A DNA stretch of 64,000 nt. Origin: Podospora anserina (lineage: Eukaryota). The translations under genes and the position numbers were made by a program. Shown here one piece after another: positions 62,386 through 64,000 of this stretch (positions within the stretch are counted from its first letter, which is position 1; each line of letters begins with the position of its first letter). The notes under the pieces were generated by a model. It was not told the DNA's origin, did not search any database, and worked only from the letters and a program-made list of their open reading frames with translations. The stretch spans positions 744,001 to 808,000 of the forward strand of contig CM030333.1 in NCBI GenBank assembly GCA_017654855.1. Direction: 5' to 3'.

Positions 62386-63093
62386 CACTAGCCGCGAAAA
62401 AAAAGGCTAAAAAGCCAAAAATTAGTTGGTGTTACGGCTTGATAGGTAAGTTCTAGGATAAAGCAATAGTTATACTATACCAATTGATTTAAATATAAGC
62501 TAAAGAAAAAAAAAAGGAAATCCTAATAGTGCCTGCAAAGCAAGGCTTTTTGACAGAGCAAAGCTTTGACAACTTGCTCTCGCTCCCAGAGTTCCACATG
62601 CTCCACGTGGCCCGCACGTGCCTAATATCCATCAGTCCGTCAGTGTCAAGCCAGTGCCATGACAGTTAACAGAATAGTTATTACAGTAAGTTGTTGGTTG
62701 TTTAGTTCAAAAGTAAACAAATAGGAAAATCTACCTTAAAAGTAACTCAAGTGTGGGTCTAGTAAAGGACAAGCTCTTTATTAAGTGCCTCATATTAAGA
62801 GCTAGGATTAATGACTTAATCTTAGCTTTTCACTTATTAATTTTAGCTTTTACTGTCTATTTTAAGCTCAAATTATAGGAAAATATGTTGAGATGAGCTT
62901 CGTGTAACCTAAAAACGTTTTCGTTAAAATAAAAGATTACTATTTGGCATCCACAAATCTTCTTTCTACTGAAAGTCTAAAAAAAGAATTTATGATACTT
63001 CTAATCTCCAGAGGTTTCCCCGCCTACATTATGTCTCTAAAGAAAGAAATTTTAATTTAGCAAGTCGTCTTTTTTTGATAAATATAAGTAGAG

Positions 63094-63587
63094 TGTGACG
63101 AACCCCTGTACAGAACCTCTGAAAGGGATACGGGTTGAAGGTAACTTCTGACAATTGGTTCAGTGCAGCTAAACAGTGCACAACAAGATGTCTCGATGTA
63201 AACACAAGATGCCGTGAATACAAGCTTGAATTGCATACTGCGGAACTGTCTATCTACACCAGCCAGTTCCTCCGTATATATAGACCTTGGGGCCGTGAGG
63301 TGCTCGCCCTGCTATGGCCCCGATCACTCCTAGCATATTGCATCCTGCATTGTGCTCGTCGTGCTATACCTCTGATCACTCCTAGCACATTACATCTGCA
63401 TTGTGCTCGTCGTGCTATGCCTCTGATCATCCCTAGCATCTTGCATCCTGCAGACTGCTCGTGAGCCTTGGCGCCATAGCACTTTTGCCTAGCCCTGATC
63501 GGCTTGTTCCCTGACTTCCTGAATGATTGGCTAGGAGCGACCTGCGCCCCACATGTGGCGCGACCTGCCGTTGGGTTAACTGTGACA
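63094..63587 (+). mobile_element. Solo LTR (494 bp), same family, with an internal ~51-bp tandem repeat
   Basis: TG...CA ends and a perfect TSD TAGAG. GATCACTCCTAGCA...CTCT unit x2.5 at ~63322-63451. Confidence 0.92.
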
Positions 63588-64000
63588 TAGAGCTAAAAAA
63601 GTAGGCCGTAGTGTAATTAGGTAAATTTAGCTTTTTTTTTTTGAGAGGCTATTGAAATGGTGAGAAAACATACAAAACAACCACAACACCACAAGTATTG
63701 GTTTGGGGTGCGGCCACAGGCCTGAGAGTATGAGTAAGGAAGCGGGGCTCTCGGAGGACTCAGGGGTTCAGGGGTCATGTATATATAAGCGGTCTGCTTC
63801 GGACATTCTAATTTAGAAAAATCATCGACTTTTATTTTTCTTCGTATTTTGTGCCTTGCACGCGTGCAGGCAATTCTGGCCCTCTGATCAGGCCAATCCG
63901 GTGCTTATTATGTGGCCTGCGAGCCCATAGTGTCTTTTCTTTGTCTTGAGTGAAGTGCGGCCTGCGAGCGAGTCACTGTCACGCAGGCGTGTCCATTCAG

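Noticed and set aside
63322-63451. Repeat array superficially like CRISPR
   Set aside because: Contiguous tandem units without unique spacers, inside an LTR in a eukaryote. No cas genes.
49928-63464. Similar short ORFs (..HLVVHCLAA..NQLSE..) at 50.0, 62.3 and 63.1 kb
   Set aside because: They are translations of the shared non-coding LTR 5' half, not genes.

Overview
Eukaryotic fungal DNA. The short GT-AG introns with CTRAC branch points and the gene content point to a Sordariomycete, most likely Podospora-like; this is an inference. About 15 supportable protein genes are present: a GPI-type cell-surface protein, MRM1, a Mit1/CHD remodeler, a polyQ CCCH zinc-finger protein, CSN3, RPA1, an LRA2-like amidohydrolase, cytochrome b5, a PLC-like phosphodiesterase, a SUR7/PalI protein, an HD hydrolase, agmatinase and several orphans. 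There is also an intron-containing tRNA-Pro(AGG), a tRNA-like Pol III unit, and four related solo LTRs set in AT-rich, probably RIP-degraded DNA. The most interesting signals are: (1) the Mit1 locus, which appears to have two alternative first exons and a 3' region open in two reading frames, giving either a basic tail or a Zn-finger tail; (2) a long plus-strand hairpin in a duplicated unit near 20.1 kb; (3) the tRNA-like unit at 47.2 kb; (4) hidden conserved motifs in the otherwise unalignable LTR 3' halves; (5) a dispersed ~43-bp AT-rich repeat family. All splice models were read by eye and are unverified.
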